Below, in pieces: positions 8,667 through 16,497 of a DNA stretch of 24,000 nt. Every line of letters starts with the position of its first letter. Within the stretch, counting starts at the first letter, position 1. Source of the stretch: Acinetobacter ihumii (GTDB lineage: Bacteria > Pseudomonadota > Gammaproteobacteria > Pseudomonadales > Moraxellaceae); contig NZ_LR130760.1 of the NCBI RefSeq assembly GCF_900625095.1, forward strand, positions 1,455,665 to 1,479,664, in the 5' to 3' direction. The translations under genes were made by a program, and so were the position numbers. A model generated the notes under the pieces. That model was given only the letters and a program-made list of their open reading frames with translations, did no database searches and was not told the origin of the DNA.

Positions 8667-9830
8667 ATGCCTAAAACTTTTGTACTTGCGCCAGACTCAT
8701 TCAAGGAAAGCATGACAGCCTTGCAAGCTTGTCATGCTATGCAATCAGGCTTAGAAAAAATTTTCACTGATGCCCATTTTATTTTATGCCCTATGGCAGA
8801 TGGTGGCGAAGGTACGGTCGATGCATTGATTGATGCAAAGCAAGGACAGCGAATTGATATTGACGTAATGGGGCCGCTACCCACGCAGCATATCTCGACT
8901 TATTTTGGTTTAATTGATCAAGGCAAAACTGCGGTCATTGAAATGGCAAAAGCCAATGGAATCCATTTACTTGCCCCTAAACAACGTAATCCTTTATTTA
9001 CCTCCACCTTTGGCACTGGTCAGATGATAAAGGCCGCACTAGATTATGATGTTAGTCGAATTATTATTGGTTTAGGTGGCAGTGTTACCAATGATGCAGG
9101 CATGGGTATGGCGGCTGCTTTAGGTGCAAAATTTCTGGATCACAATCAACACATGGTCAGTTTGGGCGGTAGATATCTCGATCAAATTCAATCAATAGAT
9201 TTGAGTCAACTTGACTCTCGTCTAAAAAATGTTGAAATCATCATTGCCAGTGATGTAAGCAATCCTTTACTCGGACCTGAAGGTGCAACACGAGTTTTTG
9301 CTCCACAAAAAGGCGCAACAGCAGAAATGGTACAACAGCTTGAATCTAAGCTAACTCACTTTGCCCACTTAGTTGAACAGCAACTTGATATTCAAGTGAA
9401 AAATGTTGCAGGTGCTGGTGCAGCAGGTGGTTTAGCGGCTGGGCTTTTGATGTTTACTCAAGCCAAAATTCAATCTGGTATAGAAACCATGATTGAGCAA
9501 ACAGATTTAAAACACGCCATTGCTCAAGCTGATTATGTTTTTACCGGTGAAGGTGGAATTGATTTTCAAACCAAATTTGGAAAAACTCCAATTGGGGTTG
9601 CACGTCTTGCACAAAAATATAATAAACCTGTTTTTGTTTGTGCAGGATATGTGGGTGATGGTATAGATGAGCTTTATCACGACGGAATTACTGCTATTTT
9701 CGGGATTTTAGACCAAAACAGTGATCTTGAGACTGCACTCAAAAATGGCTCAAAAAATCTAACCCGCAGCTGTGAAAATATCGCAAGGCTCATTAACTTG
9801 CTGGATTCAAGCACTTTAAAAGATAAGTAG
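8667..9830 (+). CDS. Glycerate kinase (GlxK/GarK family)
   Basis: 387-aa ORF with the N-terminal family signature LAPDSFKESMTA, the ADGGEGT block and C-terminal GEGGIDFQTKFGKTPIGVA. Which glycerate phosphate product it makes cannot be told from sequence. Confidence 0.9.
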   Translation: MPKTFVLAPDSFKESMTALQACHAMQSGLEKIFTDAHFILCPMADGGEGTVDALIDAKQGQRIDIDVMGPLPTQHISTYFGLIDQGKTAVIEMAKANGIHLLAPKQRNPLFTSTFGTGQMIKAALDYDVSRIIIGLGGSVTNDAGMGMAAALGAKFLDHNQHMVSLGGRYLDQIQSIDLSQLDSRLKNVEIIIASDVSNPLLGPEGATRVFAPQKGATAEMVQQLESKLTHFAHLVEQQLDIQVKNVAGAGAAGGLAAGLLMFTQAKIQSGIETMIEQTDLKHAIAQADYVFTGEGGIDFQTKFGKTPIGVARLAQKYNKPVFVCAGYVGDGIDELYHDGITAIFGILDQNSDLETALKNGSKNLTRSCENIARLINLLDSSTLKDK

Positions 9831-9865
9831 TTGCCTGAAAAAACTACAAATAATTCAGGATATTC

Positions 9866-9894
9866 TTGCCAATGTCGGGCGGTTCCTCTATTAT
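9866..9894 (+). promoter_or_regulatory. Candidate sigma70 promoter for tRNA-Leu copy 2
   Basis: TTGCCA (9866-9871), 17-nt spacer, TATTAT (9889-9894), then a 9-nt G/C-containing discriminator tgccgacat before the mature 5' end at 9904. Confidence 0.5.
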
Positions 9895-9903
9895 TGCCGA
9901 CAT

Positions 9904-9989
9904 GCCCGGGTGGTGAAATAGGTAGACACAGGGGATTTAAAATCCCCCGCCCACAAAGCGTGCCGGTTCGAGTCCGGCCCCGGGCACCA
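9904..9989 (+). tRNA. tRNA-Leu (anticodon UAA), copy 2
   Basis: Identical over all 86 nt to 8154..8239. Confidence 0.93.
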
Positions 9990-10010
9990 TTTTAAACAGT
10001 TAAAATGGTG
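9985..10010 (+). other. Trailer hairpin pairing the tRNA-Leu 3' end with downstream sequence, copy 2
   Basis: caccattttaa (9985-9995) pairs with ttaaaatggtg (10000-10010), loop acag. Both arms are unchanged relative to copy 1; the only difference is a 1-nt deletion in the loop. Confidence 0.5.
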
Positions 10011-10023
10011 ACAATTAAAAGAT

Positions 10024-10045
10024 CCAGCATTATGCTGGTTTTTTT
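10024..10045 (+). terminator. Intrinsic terminator after tRNA-Leu copy 2
   Basis: ccagca (10024-10029) / tgctgg (10033-10038), loop tta, followed by T7 (10039-10045). Confidence 0.7.
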
Positions 10046-10066
10046 ATGTCTATAAAAACCAATCGT

Positions 10067-10435
10067 ATGAAAAATCTCTGGATGGTTTCTTTCTCAGCGT
10101 TATTGACTGCTCTAAGTAATGTGCCCACTCATGCGCAAGATATTTTTATGGGAACCATTGTGGTCAAAGAGCAGAACTTCTATTTAAAACGTTGCACAAT
10201 GGGAGCAGATGAATATCTAATTCAAAGTGATCATCCTGAGATTTTTAAACAACTTCAACAGCTTAATCAAAATTATACAAAGTATTGGTTAAGTCTAGCA
10301 GCAACAGTTAGTCTTGATGATGAAAATAATTTAAAACTAGATGTCAAAGAAATTTTAGATGTACATCCAGAAAGAAGCTGTCATCTCAATGAGGCTTTAG
10401 ATGATTTGTCACAACTTGACACTACTGAAAATTAA
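10067..10435 (+). CDS. Secreted/periplasmic protein of unknown function
   Basis: The track ORF starts at ATG 10046, which abuts the terminator T-run. The in-frame ATG 10067 gives a classic signal peptide MKNLWMVSFSALLTALSNVPTHA|QD. Two Cys in the mature part. No recognisable domain. Confidence 0.6.
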   Translation: MKNLWMVSFSALLTALSNVPTHAQDIFMGTIVVKEQNFYLKRCTMGADEYLIQSDHPEIFKQLQQLNQNYTKYWLSLAATVSLDDENNLKLDVKEILDVHPERSCHLNEALDDLSQLDTTEN

Positions 10436-10437
10436 AA

Positions 10438-10464
10438 GAAAAAAAGAATGGTGTTTACCATTCT
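10438..10464. terminator. Hairpin between convergent hypothetical genes
   Basis: agaatggt (10445-10452) / accattct (10457-10464), loop gttt. The A-run 10438-10444 gives a U-tract on the minus strand. It overlaps the last codons of the minus-strand gene. Confidence 0.55.
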
Positions 10465-10778
10465 CTACTTACCACCAATTCTTCAAGGTCAATATCTAAA
10501 TATCCGGCATCCTGAACCACCATCATCATGGCTTCTGCAATATAATCCGTTGCAGTATCATCCAGACAAGCATCTAAATCCTCAAATTCAGCCTTCATCT
10601 CATTAATTTTTGACAATGTTGCATCGGCCAATCGGTAAATTTCTGATGTTGTTTTTTCAGACGTTTGAATTTGACGCGAAAACGTATAAATATGCTGTCT
10701 GATTTCAGCAACTAAAATTTCAGGATAATAACCATCATCAAACATTGGGAGAAGAAGATCATTCAACATGAGCCACAC
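10455..10778 (-). CDS. Small, very acidic cytoplasmic protein of unknown function
   Basis: 107-aa ORF from GTG 10778; an ATG 9 nt downstream gives MLNDLLLPMFDDGYYP. About 23 Asp/Glu against 7 Arg/Lys by my count. Predicted helical, with no motif I recognise. Confidence 0.6.
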   Translation of the reverse strand: MWLMLNDLLLPMFDDGYYPEILVAEIRQHIYTFSRQIQTSEKTTSEIYRLADATLSKINEMKAEFEDLDACLDDTATDYIAEAMMMVVQDAGYLDIDLEELVVSREW

Positions 10779-10878
10779 TTAACATCATAAATTTCCGTGC
10801 TGCTTATAACACATCCTCACAAAAAATTCGAGCTTGAGTGATTTGTATAACTTTATATTTGGCTACCCAATCTCAATT

Positions 10879-11733
10879 TTATATGGTTTGATTCATTGCT
10901 TGCCATACGCGAATCGCATCAACAGTCGCCTTAACATCGTGGGCACGCACGATAGACGCTCCCTGCTGGATACTGAACAAATGTGCAGCCACACTCCCAA
11001 CAGCACGTTGCTGTGCATCTACACCCCCTAAAGCTTCACCAATGAAGCGTTTACGTGATAATGCAGACAAAATTGGATAACCCAAGTCATTGAGCTTCCA
11101 GAATTGCTGTAATAGCTTTAAATTTTGCTGCGCATTTTTAGCAAAACCAAATCCCGGATCGATTAAAATATTTTCAGTTTTCACACCTATTTTAAGCGCA
11201 TCCTCAATTCGGGCTTGCAACTCTGTCATGACCTCTGCCACCACATCGTTATATTGAGCCAGTTGATTCATCGTAGTTGGCTCACCACGCATATGCATAA
11301 TAATGACAGGGATATTCAACTGCGCTGCTGTTTGTAAGGCACAGGGACGCGTTAATGCACGTACGTCATTCCAGATATGTGCCCCTGCTTCTACTGCGGC
11401 TTTGATGACTTGCGGTTGACTGGTATCAATCGACAGTATGGCTTTCTCTTTTGCGAGCAATTCAACAACAGGCACAACACGTCGAATTTCCTCATCAATC
11501 TCAACAGGTGAAGCTCCCGGTCGGGTCGACTCTCCCCCAATATCGATAATGGATGCTCCCTCTGCGAGCATTTGCATGGCATGCGTATAAGCCTTTTGCT
11601 TCTGATGATATTGTCCACCATCACTAAATGAATCAGGTGTAACGTTCAGAATGCCCATCACCTGTGGCTGAGATAAATCTAACTGATATTGACCGCAGTC
11701 CAGTTTACGTTGTGGCAAAGGCATTAAACGCAT
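10879..11733 (-). CDS. folP: Dihydropteroate synthase
   Basis: 284 aa with the pterin-binding signature GILNVTPDSFSDGG and IIDIGGESTRPG. SD aaaggag lies 7 nt upstream of the ATG. Confidence 0.93.
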   Translation of the reverse strand: MRLMPLPQRKLDCGQYQLDLSQPQVMGILNVTPDSFSDGGQYHQKQKAYTHAMQMLAEGASIIDIGGESTRPGASPVEIDEEIRRVVPVVELLAKEKAILSIDTSQPQVIKAAVEAGAHIWNDVRALTRPCALQTAAQLNIPVIIMHMRGEPTTMNQLAQYNDVVAEVMTELQARIEDALKIGVKTENILIDPGFGFAKNAQQNLKLLQQFWKLNDLGYPILSALSRKRFIGEALGGVDAQQRAVGSVAAHLFSIQQGASIVRAHDVKATVDAIRVWQAMNQTI

Positions 11734-11830
11734 GAAGTTACTCCTTTCATTCAGTCATAGTTTAACAGTAAGCAATCAAATCAGAACTATTTTCACTGGC
11801 TATCAAGCTGAACAATGATCAAATAAAAAA

Positions 11831-11866
11831 TAAGCAAAATAAAAAGAGCTGCCTAGGCAGCTCTTT
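11831..11866 (-). terminator. Intrinsic terminator after ftsH
   Basis: 24-nt perfect palindrome aaagagctgcctaggcagctcttt (11843-11866). On the minus strand it is followed by a T-rich tract, the complement of the A-runs at 11836-11845. Confidence 0.75.
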
Positions 11867-11880
11867 GATCGATTCAAAAA

Positions 11881-13776
11881 TTAACTCATTGAAGGTAATG
11901 GTGGCGGCGTTGAAGGCCCACTACTTGGTGGATCTAAGTCAACTACTGGGTTTTCCGCAACATAAACTTTTGGTGGACGTGGTTCACGACCTTCCATAAT
12001 GTCACGTACTTGCTCACGGTCAATGGTTTCCCAATCCATGAGTGCTTTCACCATCACATGGGCTTTATCCTGATTACCATCCAAGATGTCCCAAGCAACT
12101 TTATATTGTTCATCCAAAATACGGCGAACTTCTAAATCAACCTGTTGTTGAGTTGCTTCTGAAATAGTACGGCTACCGACATTACCAAAGAAACCATTCT
12201 GGTTTTCGTCTTCATAAACCATCACACCGAGTTTATCTGACATACCGTATTTGGTTACCATGGCACGTGCCATTTTAGTTGCACGTTCAAAATCGTTGGA
12301 AGCACCTGTTGATTGTTGCTTCATAAAGATTTCTTCAGCAATACGACCGCCAAATAAAATCGAGATTTCATTCAGCATTTTTTCTTTGTAATTACTGATT
12401 TGATCTTGTTCAGGAAGCTGCCAAGTCACACCCAAAGCCCAACCACGCGGCATAATAGTCACTTTATGTACAGGGTCAGTTCCTGGCAGCATCTCAGCAA
12501 CAATCGCATGTCCAGACTCATGGTAAGCGGTATTTTTACGCTCTTCTTCACGTATAATCATCGATTTACGTTCAGGGCCCATATAAATCTTGTCTTTAGC
12601 ATCTTCAAAGTCATGCATATCGACCGTGTTTTTATTGCGGCGGGCTGCAAACAAAGCGGCTTCATTGACAAGGTTTGCCAGTTGAGCACCCGAGAAACCC
12701 GGTGTACCACGTGCTAACACTTTGACATCAACACCTGTTACAGAAGGAAGCTTTTTGAGGTGAACATTTAAAATTTGTTCACGACCATTGATGTCTGGCA
12801 AGCCAACCATAACTTGACGGTCAAAACGACCCGGACGTAATAAAGCTTTATCCAATACATCTGCACGGTTAGTTGCAGCAATAACGATTACACCTTCATT
12901 GCCTTCAAAGCCATCCATCTCAACCAGCATCTGGTTTAGGGTCTGTTCACGTTCATCGTGACCACCACCTGTACCAGAACCACGATGACGACCTACCGCA
13001 TCAATCTCATCAATAAAGATGATACAAGGCGCATGGCGTTTCGCTTGCTCAAACATGTCACGGACACGGGATGCACCCACACCCACAAACATTTCAACAA
13101 AGTCTGAACCTGAGATACTAAAGAATGGAACTTTCGCCTCACCCGCAATCGCTTTAGCGAGCAAAGTTTTACCTGTACCTGGTGGACCCACCATGAGTAC
13201 ACCACGTGGAATGGTTGCACCTAAACGTTTAAATTTAGCAGGGTCTTTTAGGAAATCGACAATTTCAACCACTTCTTGTTTGGCTTCGTCACAACCTGCA
13301 ACATCTTTAAATGTCACTTTGATCTGGTCTTCCGAAAGCATTTTTGCCTTGGACTTACCAAAACTCATTGGACCGTTCTTGCCACCAGCACCCCCGCCCA
13401 TATTGCGCATAAAGAACATGAACAATAAAATAATGAGCAGTACAGGGAAACTAGCAATGAGAAGTTGCATCAACAAGCCCTGACGTTGTGGAGCAGTTCC
13501 TTCAACTACAACGTTGTTTTTATTTAGGCTTGGTAAAAGCTGGGTGTCTTCAACCTGCGGACGCACTGTTTCAAAATGAGAGCCGTTGGTTTTTTCACCA
13601 CTAATATTTAAACCATCAATAGTGACTTGCTTAATTTGACCAGCATTCACCGCAGCAACGAATTCTGAATAATTCATTGCCGATGGCTTATTGCGGTCAC
13701 TGATGTTACTGAAAATCAAAATCAGAACACCAAGTATTATTAGCCACAATACGGCATTCTTGAAGAGATCGCTCAA
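11881..13776 (-). CDS. ftsH: ATP-dependent zinc metalloprotease FtsH
   Basis: 631 aa. N-terminal TM helices, Walker A GPPGTGKT, Walker B IIFIDEID, the SRH region and zinc motif HESGHA. TTG start at 13776. Confidence 0.95.
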   Translation of the reverse strand: MSDLFKNAVLWLIILGVLILIFSNISDRNKPSAMNYSEFVAAVNAGQIKQVTIDGLNISGEKTNGSHFETVRPQVEDTQLLPSLNKNNVVVEGTAPQRQGLLMQLLIASFPVLLIILLFMFFMRNMGGGAGGKNGPMSFGKSKAKMLSEDQIKVTFKDVAGCDEAKQEVVEIVDFLKDPAKFKRLGATIPRGVLMVGPPGTGKTLLAKAIAGEAKVPFFSISGSDFVEMFVGVGASRVRDMFEQAKRHAPCIIFIDEIDAVGRHRGSGTGGGHDEREQTLNQMLVEMDGFEGNEGVIVIAATNRADVLDKALLRPGRFDRQVMVGLPDINGREQILNVHLKKLPSVTGVDVKVLARGTPGFSGAQLANLVNEAALFAARRNKNTVDMHDFEDAKDKIYMGPERKSMIIREEERKNTAYHESGHAIVAEMLPGTDPVHKVTIMPRGWALGVTWQLPEQDQISNYKEKMLNEISILFGGRIAEEIFMKQQSTGASNDFERATKMARAMVTKYGMSDKLGVMVYEDENQNGFFGNVGSRTISEATQQQVDLEVRRILDEQYKVAWDILDGNQDKAHVMVKALMDWETIDREQVRDIMEGREPRPPKVYVAENPVVDLDPPSSGPSTPPPLPSMS

Positions 13777-13910
13777 AGCTTTATTCCCATTATCAATCTA
13801 ATTTGATCCTGCCCATGACGGGGTAGACCTTAGTAAACAGCAAGTCTAAAGCTTGCTACAAGTTGAAATTGTACAAAATGCACAATTTTTATCGACTTGG
13901 CAAGTAAACT

Positions 13911-14561
13911 TTAACGCATTGCCTTTTTACGTCCCTGCCCAATCAAAAATACTTCTTTTGAACGAGCACGAGAAGCTTCAGGTTTTGCAGTTTTCAATAC
14001 ATCAAAACTATCCACGACTTGCTTGCGGAATTCATCGAAACCCGCCCCCTGAAACACTTTTACCACAAACTGTCCATTTGGGCCGAGTACTTTCTGGGCG
14101 AAATCAAGTGCCAGCTCACACAGGTAAATCTGACGGGGTTGATCTACAGCCCTATTACCTGATGTATTGGGGGCCATATCTGAAATTACAATATCTACGA
14201 CACGGCCATTTAAAATATTTAACAATTTTTCGAAAACTTCCTCTTCGCGAAAGTCTCCCTGCAAGAAAGTAACATCAGGCAATGCATCCATCGCTAAAAT
14301 ATCAGATGCAATAACTAAACCTTTACTACCGACCAATTTTCCTGCAATTTGTGACCAGCTACCGGGTGCTGCACCTAAGTCAACCACAGTCATGCCAGGT
14401 CGAATAAGTTTATATTTTTCCTGAATCTCAAGAAGTTTATATGCAGCACGGGCGCGATAACCTTCCTTTTGTGCCCTTTTTACAAAAGGGTCATCGAGGT
14501 GTTCTCGCATCCACGCACGACTACTTTTAGATAACTTCTGGTTGGTAATGCGTGTCGCCAT
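13911..14561 (-). CDS. rlmE: 23S rRNA (uridine2552-2'-O)-methyltransferase
   Basis: 216 aa. RrmJ/FtsJ signature [12 protein letters not shown] motif [13 protein letters not shown] and the DMAPN motif. Conserved position immediately upstream of ftsH. Confidence 0.93.
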   Translation of the reverse strand: MATRITNQKLSKSSRAWMREHLDDPFVKRAQKEGYRARAAYKLLEIQEKYKLIRPGMTVVDLGAAPGSWSQIAGKLVGSKGLVIASDILAMDALPDVTFLQGDFREEEVFEKLLNILNGRVVDIVISDMAPNTSGNRAVDQPRQIYLCELALDFAQKVLGPNGQFVVKVFQGAGFDEFRKQVVDSFDVLKTAKPEASRARSKEVFLIGQGRKKAMR

Positions 14562-14789
14562 AACTCACTAAATATTAAAAAACTTCTGATTTATTATTCT
14601 ACGTGAAAAATATCAATCATGCAGTATACATATGTATCTTTAATGCGTTCTTCTTTGGTTTTTTTTCAATGGTGCTCATCGAATATTTCACTGATTCACT
14701 CATATTTATTCTTGTTTAAACTCAGCTCAATCTATCTTAGAAACATGATGCAAGTTATACTAGGCTGTTTTTACATTTAGGTAGTTTTC

Positions 14790-15113
14790 ATGGCGGCTTT
14801 ATCCATTCAAGAGCGCAAACGTTTACGTCAAATTGGACATGCACTTAATCCTGTGGTCATGATTGGTGGTCAGGGTCTCACCGAAAATGTAATTGAAGAA
14901 ACTTCGCGTGCACTTAATGACCACGAACTGATTAAGGTCAAGGTTGCAGGTGAAGATCGTGAAGTGCGTGCTCAAGTGATCGATCAATTGGCTGAAGCAA
15001 CTCAGTCACAAGTGGTCCAAAAAATTGGTAAAATCGTGCTGTTGTATAAAAAAGCAGCCAAGCAAAATCCGCATTTATCCAATCTGGTTCGTCACGCACA
15101 TTTATCAAATTAA
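14790..15113 (+). CDS. yhbY: Ribosome-assembly RNA-binding protein YhbY (CRM domain)
   Basis: 107 aa. LRQIGHALNPVVMIGGQGLTENVIEE and ELIKVKV are typical of YhbY. Divergent from rlmE, as in other gammaproteobacteria. Confidence 0.88.
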   Translation: MAALSIQERKRLRQIGHALNPVVMIGGQGLTENVIEETSRALNDHELIKVKVAGEDREVRAQVIDQLAEATQSQVVQKIGKIVLLYKKAAKQNPHLSNLVRHAHLSN

Positions 15114-15125
15114 GTTGATTGCGTT

Positions 15126-15662
15126 ATGGCCAGCTATGAATTGACCTCATTTGATCGTTTTGATTCCATCTCTTTGGTTGGAGCAATCGAGCAACAATCT
15201 CCTTTTACACTAAATGTCGGCTTTTGGCTACGCGACCCGAATCATGTCATGCTCTGGCCTGAGCAGGTTGCAGCACATCCACGCCGTGATTTTTTATGGG
15301 AACAAACTTGTTTCGAGATTTTCATCGGAGTGAAAGATCAAGACCTGTATCGGGAGATCAATCTCTCTCCTTCTGAAGCTTGGCAAGTCTATCAGTTTGA
15401 AGAGTATCGTTATCCTGAAAATATGCCGCCTGTTGCAGCATACGATATTGAGCTCAATCAGTTAAAGCGCACTCACTATGGTTTAAATGTGAGTCTGGAT
15501 TTAACAGAGTTTATGCGTGACCATCAACTGAAATGGTCTGATGTGTATTTAGGTTTGAGTGCTGTTTTAAATACCACTCAGGGTATGCATTTTTATGCCA
15601 TGCAACACAGCAGTTCAATAGCTGACTTTCATAATAAACGTGATTGGTTGCATGAGTTTTAA
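15126..15662 (+). CDS. Conserved hypothetical protein, possibly DOMON/CBM9-like fold
   Basis: 178-aa ORF starting 12 nt after the yhbY stop. The pattern WEQTCFEIFIG...YREINLSPSEAWQVYQF resembles DOMON-like beta-sandwich proteins. That function call is from memory and weak. Confidence 0.6.
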   Translation: MASYELTSFDRFDSISLVGAIEQQSPFTLNVGFWLRDPNHVMLWPEQVAAHPRRDFLWEQTCFEIFIGVKDQDLYREINLSPSEAWQVYQFEEYRYPENMPPVAAYDIELNQLKRTHYGLNVSLDLTEFMRDHQLKWSDVYLGLSAVLNTTQGMHFYAMQHSSSIADFHNKRDWLHEF

Positions 15663-15684
15663 TTGTTGCCAGAAATATTAAAAT

Positions 15685-15714
15685 ACCAGTAAAAGTCATG
15701 ATGCTCTTACTGGT
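15685..15714. terminator. Hairpin between convergent genes
   Basis: accagtaa (15685-15692) / ttactggt (15707-15714), 14-nt loop. The flanking U-tracts are weak. Confidence 0.45.
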
Positions 15715-15750
15715 TAACTCTTAATAGTAGCCAATCTGGCTCTCTATCAA

Positions 15751-16176
15751 TTAGTTTTCGCGTACTTTATTCCACGCTTCAATTGCTTGCTCTTTTGAAC
15801 GCTTTAATACATCAGTTAAAGTTTCTTTATGTTTTGAAGTGATTTGTGTCAAATCATCTTTAATTTCACGCCCCACTTTGCTTAAATCTTCAACCAAAGT
15901 TCCAAATTCTTTTTTAACTACATCGCTTAATTCAGTCAAATCACCTTGTGAATTATTTAATTGTGATTTAATGATATCCACACGCTGTAATACATCATCT
16001 TTTAAATAAGCCAGTTGAGTCTGTAAGGTTTGATTTAACTCTTTGGCTTCAGCCTCTATTTTTTCCTGAGTTTCACTCAATACATCTTTCACTTGCGCAC
16101 TGGTTTCTGTGTAAAGTTGTTCAACATGTTGTTGATGTTCTTCCACAACAGCTTTTAGCGGTTTTTTTGCTGGCAT
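15751..16176 (-). CDS. Helical-repeat / coiled-coil protein of unknown function (apolipoprotein-, phasin- or LEA-like composition)
   Basis: 141 aa, rich in E/K/Q/L/T, with no Cys, Trp-poor, and no signal peptide. SD agaggg upstream. Hydrophobic residues recur with roughly 3-4/11-residue spacing. Confidence 0.7.
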   Translation of the reverse strand: MPAKKPLKAVVEEHQQHVEQLYTETSAQVKDVLSETQEKIEAEAKELNQTLQTQLAYLKDDVLQRVDIIKSQLNNSQGDLTELSDVVKKEFGTLVEDLSKVGREIKDDLTQITSKHKETLTDVLKRSKEQAIEAWNKVREN

Positions 16177-16342
16177 TTTAATACCCTCTTTTTTTGAAAT
16201 TATGACAACAAATATTTTAGATTGCTCAAGTTTTATGCAAGGGTTAAATTGTTAGACAAGTCATTTTTTTAGCTGGATTCCGATGGATGAACAAATAATA
16301 ATACCCGATCTTAAAATTAGGGCATGTTTACTGTAAAACTCA

Positions 16343-16371
16343 TAGACTTTAGTAGACTTCATGCGTATAAT
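16343..16371 (+). promoter_or_regulatory. Candidate sigma70 promoter of carAB
   Basis: Perfect -10 TATAAT (16366-16371). TAGACT (16343-16348, 4/6 to TTGACA) sits at 17-bp spacing. The heptamer tagactt is directly repeated at 16343 and 16353. Confidence 0.5.
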
Positions 16372-16386
16372 GCGCTGTTAAGTTAT

Positions 16387-16482
16387 AAGCGAGCAGACCA
16401 GAAGGAGGGCGTGTTTTTCAAAGACAGCCGGCCTTTTTTTATGTCTACTCGCTTTTTTACAGCCCTATTTTTGTGGTTTTAA
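16387..16482 (+). promoter_or_regulatory. carA leader: U/Phe-rich leader ORF overlapping a terminator-like hairpin (candidate attenuator)
   Basis: Stem 16387-16398 / 16443-16454 (11 of 12 pairs) encloses a nested stem 16400-16410 / 16427-16437, and TTTT follows. GTG 16411, after AAGGAGG, is in frame with ATG 16441 and open to TAA 16480-16482 (MFFKDSRPFFMSTRFFTALFLWF). See finding. Confidence 0.45.
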
Positions 16483-16497
16483 TTCAGGAGCTTTGGT

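Larger units (their letters stand above)
9904..10048 (+). repeat. Direct repeat unit B (tRNA-Leu + trailer hairpin + terminator + ATG)
   Basis: See unit A. The start-to-start offset is 1750 bp. Confidence 0.9.

Noticed and set aside
8154-10048. Interpreting the tRNA-Leu-flanked segment as an integrated genomic islet or prophage remnant
   Set aside because: No integrase, recombinase or other mobility gene is present. The repeat covers the whole tRNA plus its terminator rather than a 3'-terminal att core. The trailer divergence argues for an old duplication, and the composition looks like the flanks. It is kept only as a duplication/polymorphism finding.
12400-13483. ORFs of 105, 75 and 154 aa inside or antisense to ftsH
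   Set aside because: These are shadow frames of a very strongly supported gene. They have no SD or motifs, and their composition is typical of antisense translation.
13853-14424. ORFs of 139 and 85 aa antisense to rlmE
   Set aside because: Same reasoning: they are fully contained in the rlmE coding region on the opposite strand.
16260-16330. ArgR (ARG box) operator upstream of carA, as at E. coli carAB P2
   Set aside because: Only a loose resemblance (tgaacaaataataatac) to TNTGAATWWWWATTCANW. There is no paired boxes at 3-bp spacing, so it is not supportable by eye.
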